Source of the DNA: Polyangiales bacterium
GTDB lineage: Bacteria; Myxococcota_A; Polyangia; Polyangiales; Houyiibacteriaceae
DNA length: 64,000 nt
Assembly: GCA_041576815.1 (NCBI GenBank)
Contig: JBFGKE010000010.1
Location: forward strand, 16,599-80,598
Direction of reading: 5' to 3'
Each line of letters starts with the position of its first letter. Position 1 is the stretch's first letter. The notes under the pieces are model-generated. The model was not told the DNA's origin. It searched no databases and saw only the letters and a list, made by a program, of their open reading frames with translations. Of the stretch, positions 48,157 to 57,204 are shown piece after piece. Made by a program: the position numbers and the translations under genes.

Positions 48157-49812
48157 CTATTTTCCCTTCTTCGAGAACGGATTTCGCATGCCGCCCTTCG
48201 AGCTCTTTCGATCGGGCGGAGGCGCACCCTGATCTTGGCTGACGCCGATGGCGCGGGGATCATCGGCAAACTGGTTGGCCGTCTCGACCGTGATCTCGCC
48301 CTTCGACAAGAGCTCGTTGAGAGAGTCCTCGATTCGAATCATCCCGAATCCGCGGCCTCGCTGTAGCAGGCTCGGAAGCTGAAACAGCTTGTCGTCGCGA
48401 ATCAATGTCCACAGAGCCATGCCGCCCGTGAGGAGCTCGACCGCCACCACGCGGCCGTTTCCGTCCCGGCGGGGAACGAGTCGCTGGCTCACGACGAACT
48501 TCAGGGCACCCGCCAAAGTCGCCCGCACCTGCGACTGGTCATCTGGTGGGAACATGTCGATCAGTCGGTCGATCGTGCTGGCACCGGACGGCGTGCTCAT
48601 CGTCGCAAATACGAGGTGGCCCGTCTCCGCGGCTTCGAGCGCCTTTTCGACCGTCTCACGGTCACGAAGCTCTCCGATCGCGATCACGTCGGGGTCTTCT
48701 CGGAGCGAGCCTTTGAGCGCTGCGTGAAAGCTCTTGGTGTGAGAGCCGACTTCGCGCTGGCTGACGATGGCTTTCTTGATCGGGTGGATCACCTCGACCG
48801 GATCCTCGACCGTGATGATGTGCACGCTTCGCTCGCTGTTGAACATGTCGACCAGCGCTGCAAGCGTGGTTGTCTTGCCGGCCCCGTTGGGACCGGAGAC
48901 GACGACGAGCCCTTGATGGTAGCTCAGCATTTGTCGAAGCTCGTGAGGAAGCCCCAGCGAGTCGAGGGTCGGTGGCTCAGGCATGATGAGCCGGAAGCAT
49001 CCTTTGATGCCGCTCCGCTGTTTGTTGACGTTGACCCGCAGCCGCCCCGCGCCTTCGACTTGACAAGCGAAATCCGCGTACCCGAGCTCTTCGAGCTGCT
49101 TGGCATTTCGTGGGCCGAGAAGCGGCATGATCAGCGAAAGCGCGCGCTCGTCCGAGAGCGGCTCGCCCTGCGGCTGCATCTTTCCGGCGCATCGGAAGCG
49201 CGGCGGCTCGCCGGACATGATGTGCACGTCGCTCGCCGATTGGGCCCGGGCATCGGCCAGGAGAGACTGCAACGCGGCCGGTGCCGTCACCGGCTCGTCG
49301 GAACGCGTGAAGGTGGGAAGCGGAGAAGCTTCGGGTGGTGGCCGATACGAGACGTGCGGCTGCGGGCGATGCACCACGGGCGGCGCCGGCTGATAAGGGA
49401 CCTGCTGCGGCGGGCGATGCGGAACGTGCGGCTGTGGCGAATCGATCGCAGGCGGTGGCGTCTTCGCGACGTTGGCCGGCGCGGGGGCGTGTGCCTCTGG
49501 CAACACCGTTTCCCTGCCCTCACGGCGCACGCGCATCAGCAGCATCTCCCCCGAACGCGCAATCGTCGTGATGTAGTTGACTCCGTTCATGCAGGTTGTC
49601 GTCGGAGGCGACGCCCCGTCCTTGTTGGGAACGAGATCGGCAAGCGGGGTGTTGCGGACCAGCGTGAGGATGTGCTTCGCGCTCAGCGGCTCGCGCGTGA
49701 CCGGCTTGTGGCGCCCCGATTTCTTGGCGGTCGCCACCGCACCGCTTTGGAAAACGATTTCCGAGACATCGCCACGTTCGAGATATTGAAGAAACTGCTT
49801 GAGCTCACCCAC
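48157..49812 (-). CDS. PilT/PilU-family ATPase with N-terminal extension (paralog 3)
   Basis: Extra N-domain and Pro/His-rich linker, then ASDVHI, GPNGAGKTT, TVEDPVE, REDPDVIAIGE, ETGHLV. Confidence 0.9.
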   Translation of the reverse strand: MGELKQFLQYLERGDVSEIVFQSGAVATAKKSGRHKPVTREPLSAKHILTLVRNTPLADLVPNKDGASPPTTTCMNGVNYITTIARSGEMLLMRVRREGRETVLPEAHAPAPANVAKTPPPAIDSPQPHVPHRPPQQVPYQPAPPVVHRPQPHVSYRPPPEASPLPTFTRSDEPVTAPAALQSLLADARAQSASDVHIMSGEPPRFRCAGKMQPQGEPLSDERALSLIMPLLGPRNAKQLEELGYADFACQVEGAGRLRVNVNKQRSGIKGCFRLIMPEPPTLDSLGLPHELRQMLSYHQGLVVVSGPNGAGKTTTLAALVDMFNSERSVHIITVEDPVEVIHPIKKAIVSQREVGSHTKSFHAALKGSLREDPDVIAIGELRDRETVEKALEAAETGHLVFATMSTPSGASTIDRLIDMFPPDDQSQVRATLAGALKFVVSQRLVPRRDGNGRVVAVELLTGGMALWTLIRDDKLFQLPSLLQRGRGFGMIRIEDSLNELLSKGEITVETANQFADDPRAIGVSQDQGAPPPDRKSSKGGMRNPFSKKGK

Positions 49813-49819
49813 GGTTACA

Positions 49820-49855
49820 ATCTTATCGTGATATTTTGATGTGAATCAAATCACA
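49820..49855 (-). promoter_or_regulatory. Promoter of the pilT-paralog operon with overlapping FNR-type and CRP-type boxes
   Basis: -10 TAAGAT 7 nt before GTG 49812; TTGAT-GTGA-ATCAA (49836-49849); TGTGA-ATCAAA-TCACA (49840-49855). Confidence 0.7.
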
Positions 49856-50010
49856 TTCGACCCTTGACCCCGAGGTTCCGGTCAGCCTGTAAATCGCGTG
49901 AATTCGTTCGTTTGACATCCACCGGCGCCCGTTGCTAGCGTTTTCCCTACCGCGGCCGGGCATCTGAGGGTTGTCCGCAACCAACGGAAAAGTGTAATAT
50001 AAGTATCATC

Positions 50011-50745
50011 ATGTCCGAGGATAAAGAGTCTTCTGTTCTCTTCAATCTCCGCGAGCTGATGAACCTCGAAGAGGATCGTGTCCGCGGTGAAGAGGAGGAG
50101 CGCCTTCGGCGCGAGGCCGAGGAGCGCGAGCGCATCGCAGCCGACGCCAGGCGCAAACAAGAAGAGGAAGAGGCACAGCTCCGCGCCGAGGAAGAAGCAC
50201 GCCTCGCCGAAGAGCGCCAAGCGCGTGAGGAAGAGGAGCGGCTCGTCCGAGAGCGAGAGGAAGCGGAGCTTCGGGTTCGACTCGAGCAAGAAGCGCGCGA
50301 GAAAGCCGAAGCCCATCGACGGATGCTCGACCACGAGCGCGAGCTCGCAACGATCAGCGCCCAGCAGCGCAAGGGCGTTCATCCTGGTTTGCTGGCAGCA
50401 GCCGCACTGTTGGTCATCGGACTTGGAACGGGCGCGTACCTTGGCTACTACAAGCCCAACGTCGAGCGGCGAGAAGCTGCCGCCCTGGCCGCGAAGATGG
50501 AGGCGGAGCGCGCTGCCCGCGAGGCGGAGGAGGCACGCGCGGCCGCGGAGCTCGAGGCGCAAAAGCGCGCCGAGGCAGAAGCCGAAAAAGCGCGGCTCGC
50601 CGAGCAGGCCAAGCGTGAGGCGCAGGCCGCTGCTGCGGCGCGAAGAGCTGCTGCGCCGAGTGTGAAAGGCAAGCGGCGCGGTGGGTCGCGAAAACCGCGC
50701 AAAGCCGACACGGACGACCCGCTCGCTGGGCTGGACAGCCTCTAG
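50011..50745 (+). CDS. Coiled-coil (E/R/A-rich) single-pass membrane protein
   Basis: Charged helical regions on both sides of the TM LLAAAALLVIGLGTGAYL. Confidence 0.8.
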   Translation: MSEDKESSVLFNLRELMNLEEDRVRGEEEERLRREAEERERIAADARRKQEEEEAQLRAEEEARLAEERQAREEEERLVREREEAELRVRLEQEAREKAEAHRRMLDHERELATISAQQRKGVHPGLLAAAALLVIGLGTGAYLGYYKPNVERREAAALAAKMEAERAAREAEEARAAAELEAQKRAEAEAEKARLAEQAKREAQAAAAARRAAAPSVKGKRRGGSRKPRKADTDDPLAGLDSL

Positions 50746-50774
50746 CGCACACCGTAGCGTTGCTGCGGTGATTC

Positions 50775-51482
50775 ATGAATGAGAACGACCCCGGGTCGCG
50801 CATCGCGCTTGCGCTGGACGTGCCCGACCTCGCCGCGGCCCGGCGGCTGATCGACCAGACCCGCAGCCACCTGGGAACGTACAAGGTCGGCCTCGAGCTG
50901 TTCACGGCGGCCGGGCCGGCGGCAGTCGAAGCCGTCCACTCGACCGGCGCGCGCTGCTTTCTCGACCTGAAGCTTCACGACATCCCCGCCACGATGGGAC
51001 GCGCCGTCGGACGCGCCGCCGCGATGGGAGTGGAGTATTTGACGGTGCACGCCGCCTCCGGCGCCGAAGCGTTGGCCGAGGCGAACCGGCTTGCGGCGCA
51101 GACCAAGCTCCTCGCGGTGACGGTGTTGACGAGTCTCGATGCGCAAGCGCTCGCGGCCGTGGGGTTTGCGGACGGCCCGACAGCTGCGGTCGAACGACTC
51201 GGCAGGCTCGCATGGGACGCAGGCCTTCGCGGCTTCGTCACCTCCGGGCAGGAGTGCGCCTCGCTGCGAAAGCGGCTCGGGGCGGACGCCTTCCTGGTCA
51301 CGCCCGGCATCCGGCCCGCAGGCGAAGGCGCCGGCGACCAAAAGCGCGTCGCGACGCCGGCAGATGCGTTGGACGCGGGCGCTGATCTACTGGTGATCGG
51401 AAGACCGATTCGGGATGCTTCCGATCCCGCGAAAGCCGCCGCCGACATTCGGCAGGAAGTCCGGGCGGCGCTTTCCCGATGA
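50775..51482 (+). CDS. pyrF: Orotidine 5'-phosphate decarboxylase
   Basis: LALD, KVGLELF, FLDLKLHDIPAT, AVTVLTS, TPGIR, DQKRV, IGRPI. Confidence 0.97.
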   Translation: MNENDPGSRIALALDVPDLAAARRLIDQTRSHLGTYKVGLELFTAAGPAAVEAVHSTGARCFLDLKLHDIPATMGRAVGRAAAMGVEYLTVHAASGAEALAEANRLAAQTKLLAVTVLTSLDAQALAAVGFADGPTAAVERLGRLAWDAGLRGFVTSGQECASLRKRLGADAFLVTPGIRPAGEGAGDQKRVATPADALDAGADLLVIGRPIRDASDPAKAAADIRQEVRAALSR

Positions 51483-52213
51483 CGCGCGTGGTTGCAGGGC
51501 GGCGTCCCGTGCTCGAGGCGATCCGTGGAAAAACGAAGGTCCGTCGCGTCTATACCGAACGCCAGCGCGAGCACGCCGACGTCGAGGAAGCCGCCCGGGC
51601 ACGAAAGATACCCGTCGCCGAGCGAGACCGCGACGAGCTCGACAGGCTCAGCAATGGAGTACGGCATCAAGGCGTCGTTGCCCTCGCCGACGACTACGCG
51701 TTTTGCGACCTCGACGAGCTCACCGCCCGTGCGGGTGGCGCCCCGCTTCTCGTCGCCCTCGACGAGGTCACCGATCCGCAGAACCTGGGCGCCATCGTGC
51801 GTAGCGCCGTGACACTCGGGCTCGATGGCGTGATCATCCCGAAGCATCGCGCGGCCGGGATCACACCTGCCGTCGTCCGGGCCTCGGCCGGCGCGACCGA
51901 GCATGCGTCGATCGCCCGCGTCACGAACCTGCAGCGTACGCTGTTGGCGTTGTCCGAGTCCGGCCTCGAAATCGTGGGGCTCGACGCTGGGAGCGAGCAC
52001 GACATTCGCGACCTCCAGCCGACGTCGACGGGCCGGGTTCTGGTCGTCGGGTCTGAAGGAAAAGGCCTTCGGCGAATGGTTCGACAACGGTGCGATAACG
52101 TGGTTCAGATCTCCCAGCAGGGGCCGATGGATTCGTTGAACGCATCGGTCGCCGCAGCCATCGCGATGTACGAGATGGTTGGCAAGCGACGAGGAGCCGC
52201 GCATGACGGATGA
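51479..52213 (+). CDS. rlmB: 23S rRNA Gm2251 2'-O-methyltransferase (SpoU family)
   Basis: HQGVVA, DEVTDPQNLGAIVRS, SAGA, GSEGKG, SLNASVA. Confidence 0.9.
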   Translation: MTRVVAGRRPVLEAIRGKTKVRRVYTERQREHADVEEAARARKIPVAERDRDELDRLSNGVRHQGVVALADDYAFCDLDELTARAGGAPLLVALDEVTDPQNLGAIVRSAVTLGLDGVIIPKHRAAGITPAVVRASAGATEHASIARVTNLQRTLLALSESGLEIVGLDAGSEHDIRDLQPTSTGRVLVVGSEGKGLRRMVRQRCDNVVQISQQGPMDSLNASVAAAIAMYEMVGKRRGAAHDG

Positions 52214-53333
52214 CAACCTTGCGCGAGAGCAGGACGAGAGAACCGTGCGTCGCGTGCTCATCCTGACGGGCGGCGAAGACGCGCCTGGTCTCAACGCCGT
52301 TTTACGGGCGTTCGTCAAGACGGCAACAGACCTCGGTCTGCAGGTCTACGGCTCCGAGGACGGCTTTGCCGGTTTGATCGAGGAGCCCAACCGGGTCGTC
52401 CGGCTCACCCACACCAGCGTGCGTGGGATTCTTCCTCGCGGCGGCAGCATGCTTGGTTGCTCCAATCGCGCGGACCCGTTCGCCTACCCTTCCACGGACC
52501 CGGACGGCAAACCGAGAAGCATCGACGTCTCCGACCGCGTGCGCGCAAAGCTCGAAGAGCGCGACATCGACATCTTGGTCTTGGTGGGCGGCGGCGGCAC
52601 GATGAACATCGGCATGCGCTTCGCAAAACTGGGGGTTCCGGTGGTCGGCATCCCCAAAGCCATCGGAAACGATCTGGCTGCGACGGATCTCGCGTTCGGT
52701 CTCGATAGCGCGGTCAGCACGGCAACCTGGGCGATCGATGCGCTGCACTCGACCGGCGAGTCGCACGACCGCGTCATGATCTTGGAGGTCATGGGACGCG
52801 AGGCCGGCTGGATCGCCTTGATGTCGGGTATCGCAGGGGGAGCGGACATCGTGCTGATCCCGGAGATCCCGTACGACCTGGACCGCGTCGTGCAGAAGAT
52901 CGAAGCACGGTCGGCATCGGCGCATCAGTTCAGCATCGTGGTCGTTGGAGAGGGCAGCAAGCCGATCGGCGGGACCGTCTCGAGCATCAGCGATGCGCAC
53001 GAGGGTGGCGGCCAGCGGCACGAAGGACCGGGGGTTCAGCTTGCGCGCCTGCTCGAAGGCCGCATCGATCACGAGATTCGGGTGACGGCGCTCGGTCACC
53101 TCCAGCGTGGAGGCTCTCCTTCGTCGTTCGACCGGATTCTAGGCACCAGGTTCGGCGTACACGCAGCCGAGCTCTGTTTTCACCAAAACACCGGCCAGGT
53201 CGTCGCGCTTCGCGGTCAGGACGTGGTTTCGGTGCCGTTGGAGGCCGCCGTGGCCAATCTCAAGCGGGTTTCTCCCGACGGAGAGCTGGTGGGCGTGGCG
53301 CGCGCCATCGGGATTGAGCTAGGCCAGGAGTGA
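52203..53333 (+). CDS. 6-phosphofructokinase-family protein with substituted catalytic residues
   Basis: PfkA fold motifs (APGLNA, EVMGR, LIPE, LGHLQRGG) but GGGGT and PKAIGND. Confidence 0.85.
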   Translation: MTDDNLAREQDERTVRRVLILTGGEDAPGLNAVLRAFVKTATDLGLQVYGSEDGFAGLIEEPNRVVRLTHTSVRGILPRGGSMLGCSNRADPFAYPSTDPDGKPRSIDVSDRVRAKLEERDIDILVLVGGGGTMNIGMRFAKLGVPVVGIPKAIGNDLAATDLAFGLDSAVSTATWAIDALHSTGESHDRVMILEVMGREAGWIALMSGIAGGADIVLIPEIPYDLDRVVQKIEARSASAHQFSIVVVGEGSKPIGGTVSSISDAHEGGGQRHEGPGVQLARLLEGRIDHEIRVTALGHLQRGGSPSSFDRILGTRFGVHAAELCFHQNTGQVVALRGQDVVSVPLEAAVANLKRVSPDGELVGVARAIGIELGQE

Positions 53334-53334
53334 T

Positions 53335-54066
53335 ATGCCCCGCACCGCTGCCGCACTCGTCATCGGAAACGAGATCCTCTCCGGGAAGATCACGGACACC
53401 AACACCGCCTTCCTCGCACGCGCGCTTTTCGAGCTCGGCATCGAGCTCCGCCGCGTCGTCGTCTGCCCGGATGAAGTCGAGACGATCCGCAACGATCTCA
53501 CGGAGCTCCGGAGCGCGCACGACCTGGTGTTCACGAGCGGCGGCGTCGGGCCAACGCATGACGACGTGACGATCGAAGGGGTGGCTGCATCGTTCGACCG
53601 CCCGGTCGTGCGATCCGAAGCAGTCGAGAAAATGATTCGGCACTACTATGGCGATCGCGCCACCGAGGCACACCTACGTATGGCCGACATGCCGGAGGGG
53701 GCCGAGATGATCCGAAGCTCGGAGGCCCCCTGGCCCACCGTCGTGATCGAAAACGTGTTCGTTCTTCCGGGCGTGCCCGAAATCTTCGAGCTGAAGCTCA
53801 CGGATCTTCGCAAGCGGCTCGATCAGGGCCACGAGTTCCACTCGGTAGCGGTCTACACGATGAGCGGCGAAGGGGAGATCGCTGGTCTCCTCGAGCGCAT
53901 CGCTGAACGCTTCCCCGGCGTGATGGTCGGGAGCTACGTGAAATGGCGCGCAGAGGACTATCGCACGAAGGTCACCTTCGACGGGAACGACGAAGCCAGC
54001 GTATCGCAAGCCGCCGACGCGCTCGTCGAGGAGCTCGACCCCACGCTTTTCGTCCGCAGGGAATGA
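53335..54066 (+). CDS. Molybdopterin-binding-domain protein (CinA N-terminal / COG1058 type)
   Basis: IGNEILSG..DTN, SGGVGPTHDDVT, LPGVP. Confidence 0.88.
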   Translation: MPRTAAALVIGNEILSGKITDTNTAFLARALFELGIELRRVVVCPDEVETIRNDLTELRSAHDLVFTSGGVGPTHDDVTIEGVAASFDRPVVRSEAVEKMIRHYYGDRATEAHLRMADMPEGAEMIRSSEAPWPTVVIENVFVLPGVPEIFELKLTDLRKRLDQGHEFHSVAVYTMSGEGEIAGLLERIAERFPGVMVGSYVKWRAEDYRTKVTFDGNDEASVSQAADALVEELDPTLFVRRE

Positions 54067-54101
54067 CCCCGTAAAGTCGACGCTGCGCGTCGTCCACGGG
54101 G
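54067..54101. terminator. Hairpin between convergent genes
   Basis: CCCCGT..CGACGC/GCGTCG..ACGGGG stem. No clear U-tract. Confidence 0.35.
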
Positions 54102-54134
54102 CTTCGTCGCCACAGTCACCAGCCACTGGCGCTG

Positions 54135-55160
54135 TCACTGTGCCTTCGGGTCGAACCACTTGAGCTTCTGCTTGCCCGGGTCCGTAATCACCTTGGCGTC
54201 CTCGGGATCGGGCTCCTCTTCGGGCTCGCCCACCGTCATCGCCTCGGCGCCCTCCTCCGGATAGAGCCTCACCGCGGTCCGGGTTTCGACGCGGAGCATC
54301 TCCGGCCCGGTTGGGGTTGAGCGCTTGATGCGCATCTGCGAAGTCGATTCCGCCTCCGAGAAAGGTGTGAAGTGCCCCAGACGCACCACCGACGAGCCGA
54401 GCACCGACGCCTGATAGGCTTCGAGTCGGCCACTGGAAAGCGCCTGGGGCGCCGCGGTCTGGCGGGCCGTGATCTGGAGCGCGAGCTCGGCGCCTTGCAT
54501 CTTCTCGATGTGATAGGTCACGACCTGGTCGACCCACACTCCTGAGAGCTGCATCCGGCGCTCGACTTCCCATCGCGCCCGGATCCCGAGCGGCTCGTCG
54601 GGAAAGGGAACGCTCAGCAGCGCGGTCCGGATGTTTCCAAGCAACGTCAAGAGCTCCGGCGGAACGGCGTCCATGCCTTCGAACTCCGCGCGTCGCACCC
54701 TTCCCTGGATGTCTATTTCACTCCAGCCCCGCACCTGCAGAAGTGGGGCGAGCTTTCGTTCCAATTGCTCCCGCTGCGCAGGGCTCATCTTATGCGCCAT
54801 TTTGGAGATCCGCACCTGCGTGATCTGCACCGGGTGCCGGATGAAGCCTTGCGGCGTCGGTGACGCGGGGCCCACCTTCACCTGAAGCTGGACCGGCGGT
54901 ATGCGTCGCTGTGAACCTTCATTCCCCGCCTGCGTCGCCTGCGCCCGCACGAGCTCGAGATAAAGAACCTCCGTCTGACCCGGTGGCACCCGGTAGCGAA
55001 TCGGCACCCGCGGCGTCAGGCCCTGATCGAGCACGCGTATCGTCGGCAACGTGCGGAGCGGCGGACCGGGATCGCTCACCTCGAGAGTCTGCGGCTGGTA
55101 CTTGGTGGTACAGGAAACGACTGCCGCCAATCCGCCGGCGAAGATCAGGAATCTCAGCAT
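54135..55160 (-). CDS. Hypothetical lipoprotein (paralog of the upstream gene)
   Basis: Lipobox AVVSC; VLDQG..P...IRY and VPFPDEPLG..ARWEV shared with the neighbour. Confidence 0.75.
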   Translation of the reverse strand: MLRFLIFAGGLAAVVSCTTKYQPQTLEVSDPGPPLRTLPTIRVLDQGLTPRVPIRYRVPPGQTEVLYLELVRAQATQAGNEGSQRRIPPVQLQVKVGPASPTPQGFIRHPVQITQVRISKMAHKMSPAQREQLERKLAPLLQVRGWSEIDIQGRVRRAEFEGMDAVPPELLTLLGNIRTALLSVPFPDEPLGIRARWEVERRMQLSGVWVDQVVTYHIEKMQGAELALQITARQTAAPQALSSGRLEAYQASVLGSSVVRLGHFTPFSEAESTSQMRIKRSTPTGPEMLRVETRTAVRLYPEEGAEAMTVGEPEEEPDPEDAKVITDPGKQKLKWFDPKAQ

Positions 55161-55164
55161 CGTC

Positions 55165-56091
55165 CTACCTTTCAACCTTCTTCGAAATCATGCGCACGAT
55201 CGAGCGGCGGGACGACATCAAGGGCTCGGTTTTTTCGGGAGAAACCAGAGCAATGTCGGCCGCCGAGCTCGACCGCAGGTCAGCCTCCAGTGAAAGCGGG
55301 AGACCGAGGTCGGCAAGCACGTGCCCCCGCGCGCGAAGCTCGTAGCCGCGAACGTGCATCTCGAGCTTTGGATTGAGGTCGGCGACCTGGGGAGCGGCCT
55401 TTTGCTCGACAGTCACCTTGACACGGAACCGATCGCCGACCCGGTCGGTGAGCTCGTACCGGGTGATTTGCGTAACGCGGGCACTCCAAATCCGGAGGGG
55501 GCGTCGCACTTCCCACACCGCGCCGACTCCAACCGGCTCCCTCGGAAGGGGGACGGTGGCAATCGCGGAGCGCACGTTGGCGATCATGATCGCGACCCGG
55601 GGATGGATCCGCTCCTGGCCCTGTGCCCACGGAATGTCTGCATCGACGACGATGCCCTGCCGGTTCACGTCGAAGCGGCCGCGCATCGCTTGAAGCGCGC
55701 GCACGCCCTGCTCCACCTCGGCCATCTGTTGGCTCGAAATGCTTTCCGGGTACACCGGCTCCGCCTTGGAAATCCGGAGGACGTACCGAGCCCCGCCGGG
55801 GATCTCGACGGTTGGACCGGCATGGAGCTGAAGCCGTAGACCCGGAAGCACACCGAAGGCGTCGTCGGCGTCCACGGATTCGTCGGCCGCCGCCTCGATG
55901 TCTCGGAGGTCGAGAAGGCTTCGCACCACGGTATCCGGTGGAATGGCGTATTGGAGCCGCTCGAGCGGCTGCGCGCCCGGGTCGAGCACGGTGACCGAAA
56001 GCTCTGGAGGCGAAGGCGTGGTCTTGTTCTTCTTGCAGCTCGCGGTGACGACCGCGGCCGCGAGAAGGACTACGAAAGTGACGTTCTTCAT
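55165..56091 (-). CDS. Hypothetical lipoprotein
   Basis: Lipobox VTASC; VLDPG..P...LQY and VPLPREPVGVGAVWEV. Confidence 0.75.
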   Translation of the reverse strand: MKNVTFVVLLAAAVVTASCKKNKTTPSPPELSVTVLDPGAQPLERLQYAIPPDTVVRSLLDLRDIEAAADESVDADDAFGVLPGLRLQLHAGPTVEIPGGARYVLRISKAEPVYPESISSQQMAEVEQGVRALQAMRGRFDVNRQGIVVDADIPWAQGQERIHPRVAIMIANVRSAIATVPLPREPVGVGAVWEVRRPLRIWSARVTQITRYELTDRVGDRFRVKVTVEQKAAPQVADLNPKLEMHVRGYELRARGHVLADLGLPLSLEADLRSSSAADIALVSPEKTEPLMSSRRSIVRMISKKVER

Positions 56092-56192
56092 GTGGTTGAC
56101 CGGGCGCTCCCCCCCGGGTGACTTCTAGAGAGGAATCGCGCGCAGGGCAAGCGCGGATCGAGCCGGCATGATTGGGGGGCGTGACGCGGCTG

Positions 56193-56201
56193 TGCTAGCC
56201 T
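56193..56201 (+). promoter_or_regulatory. Extended -10 element, leaderless-type
   Basis: TGc-TAGCCT 7 nt before ATG 56209. Confidence 0.5.
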
Positions 56202-56208
56202 CCGCGCC

Positions 56209-57177
56209 ATGAAACGAACGTTCTACGCACTGATTTTCCTGGTCGCAGGCGCATGCGCGTCGTCGAAGTCCACCACCAAAGACGGCTCGACGATCGGGAA
56301 AGGCATCGACGTGGAAGCGATGCGGCCGCCCGAGGCTGCGCAGGTCGTGCAGGAATTTCAGAAGGCCTATGGTATCCCGCCCGTGCCACCGCCGGACACA
56401 CCGGTGACGTCGATGGCGCAGGTGCTGGAGATCATTCGTGGGGATCGACTGCCCGAGTACGAGGCCGCGAGACGTTTTGCCGCCGGACGCCAGGGCGCCG
56501 AGGCGCTGACGCTCCGGGCATATCTAGAGCTGTCCCGTGCGGGCGCGCTCCTGACCGCTGCACGGATCCTCGAGGAGGAGCGGAAGCAAGACCTCACCGA
56601 GCTCCGGCAGCTGAGCACGGCTCGACCCCTCGACGCCGACGCAGCCTATGAAGAGGATCGAGCGCGTGCGGCGAGGCTCAAGACCAAAGCCGCGGATCTC
56701 CGCAAAGTCATCCGTGCCCTTCGCGTCTTGTCGGAAGAGCCGCTCGTGGCTGGTTTGGACCTCGCCGAGCAGGCCGTCCGACAGGACCCGCAGGCGCAGC
56801 TCGCCTATCTGGCTCAAGCCAGCTACTACCGCTTCCGACGCAACTGGCTCGAGTTCGACCGGATGATGCGCATCGCCGATGAAGGCCAGGAAGACCCGCC
56901 AATCCGCACGTTCCTTCGCGCCATGGAAGCGTTGGAACGCTACGTCGACCCGGCGCAGTGCGAAAAGCTCCTCAAGGAGACGCTCGCCAAGCGACCCGAC
57001 TTCGTGCGCGCCCAGGCGAACTTGGTGCTCGTGGATCAGGCGATCGACGACAAATACGCCGAGCTCCAAGCTCTCAAAAAAGCGAGCCCCAACCACCTCG
57101 TCGTCCGCTTGGCAGGCCCGATGATCGAGGAGGAATACAAAACCTCCCAAGAGCTGCGCCCCGCCCTCGGCAACTAG
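56209..57177 (+). CDS. Hypothetical helical (TPR-like) lipoprotein
   Basis: Lipobox VAGAC; AEQAVRQDP and LAKRPDFVRA TPR-like turns. Confidence 0.75.
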   Translation: MKRTFYALIFLVAGACASSKSTTKDGSTIGKGIDVEAMRPPEAAQVVQEFQKAYGIPPVPPPDTPVTSMAQVLEIIRGDRLPEYEAARRFAAGRQGAEALTLRAYLELSRAGALLTAARILEEERKQDLTELRQLSTARPLDADAAYEEDRARAARLKTKAADLRKVIRALRVLSEEPLVAGLDLAEQAVRQDPQAQLAYLAQASYYRFRRNWLEFDRMMRIADEGQEDPPIRTFLRAMEALERYVDPAQCEKLLKETLAKRPDFVRAQANLVLVDQAIDDKYAELQALKKASPNHLVVRLAGPMIEEEYKTSQELRPALGN

Positions 57178-57204
57178 CCACGCACACTGTCGCTGTCGCT
57201 GTTT

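Noticed and set aside
50071-50340. GAG/GAA/CGC-rich quasi-repeats as a DNA tandem repeat
   Set aside because: Explained by low-complexity Glu/Arg coiled-coil coding; there is no fixed period.
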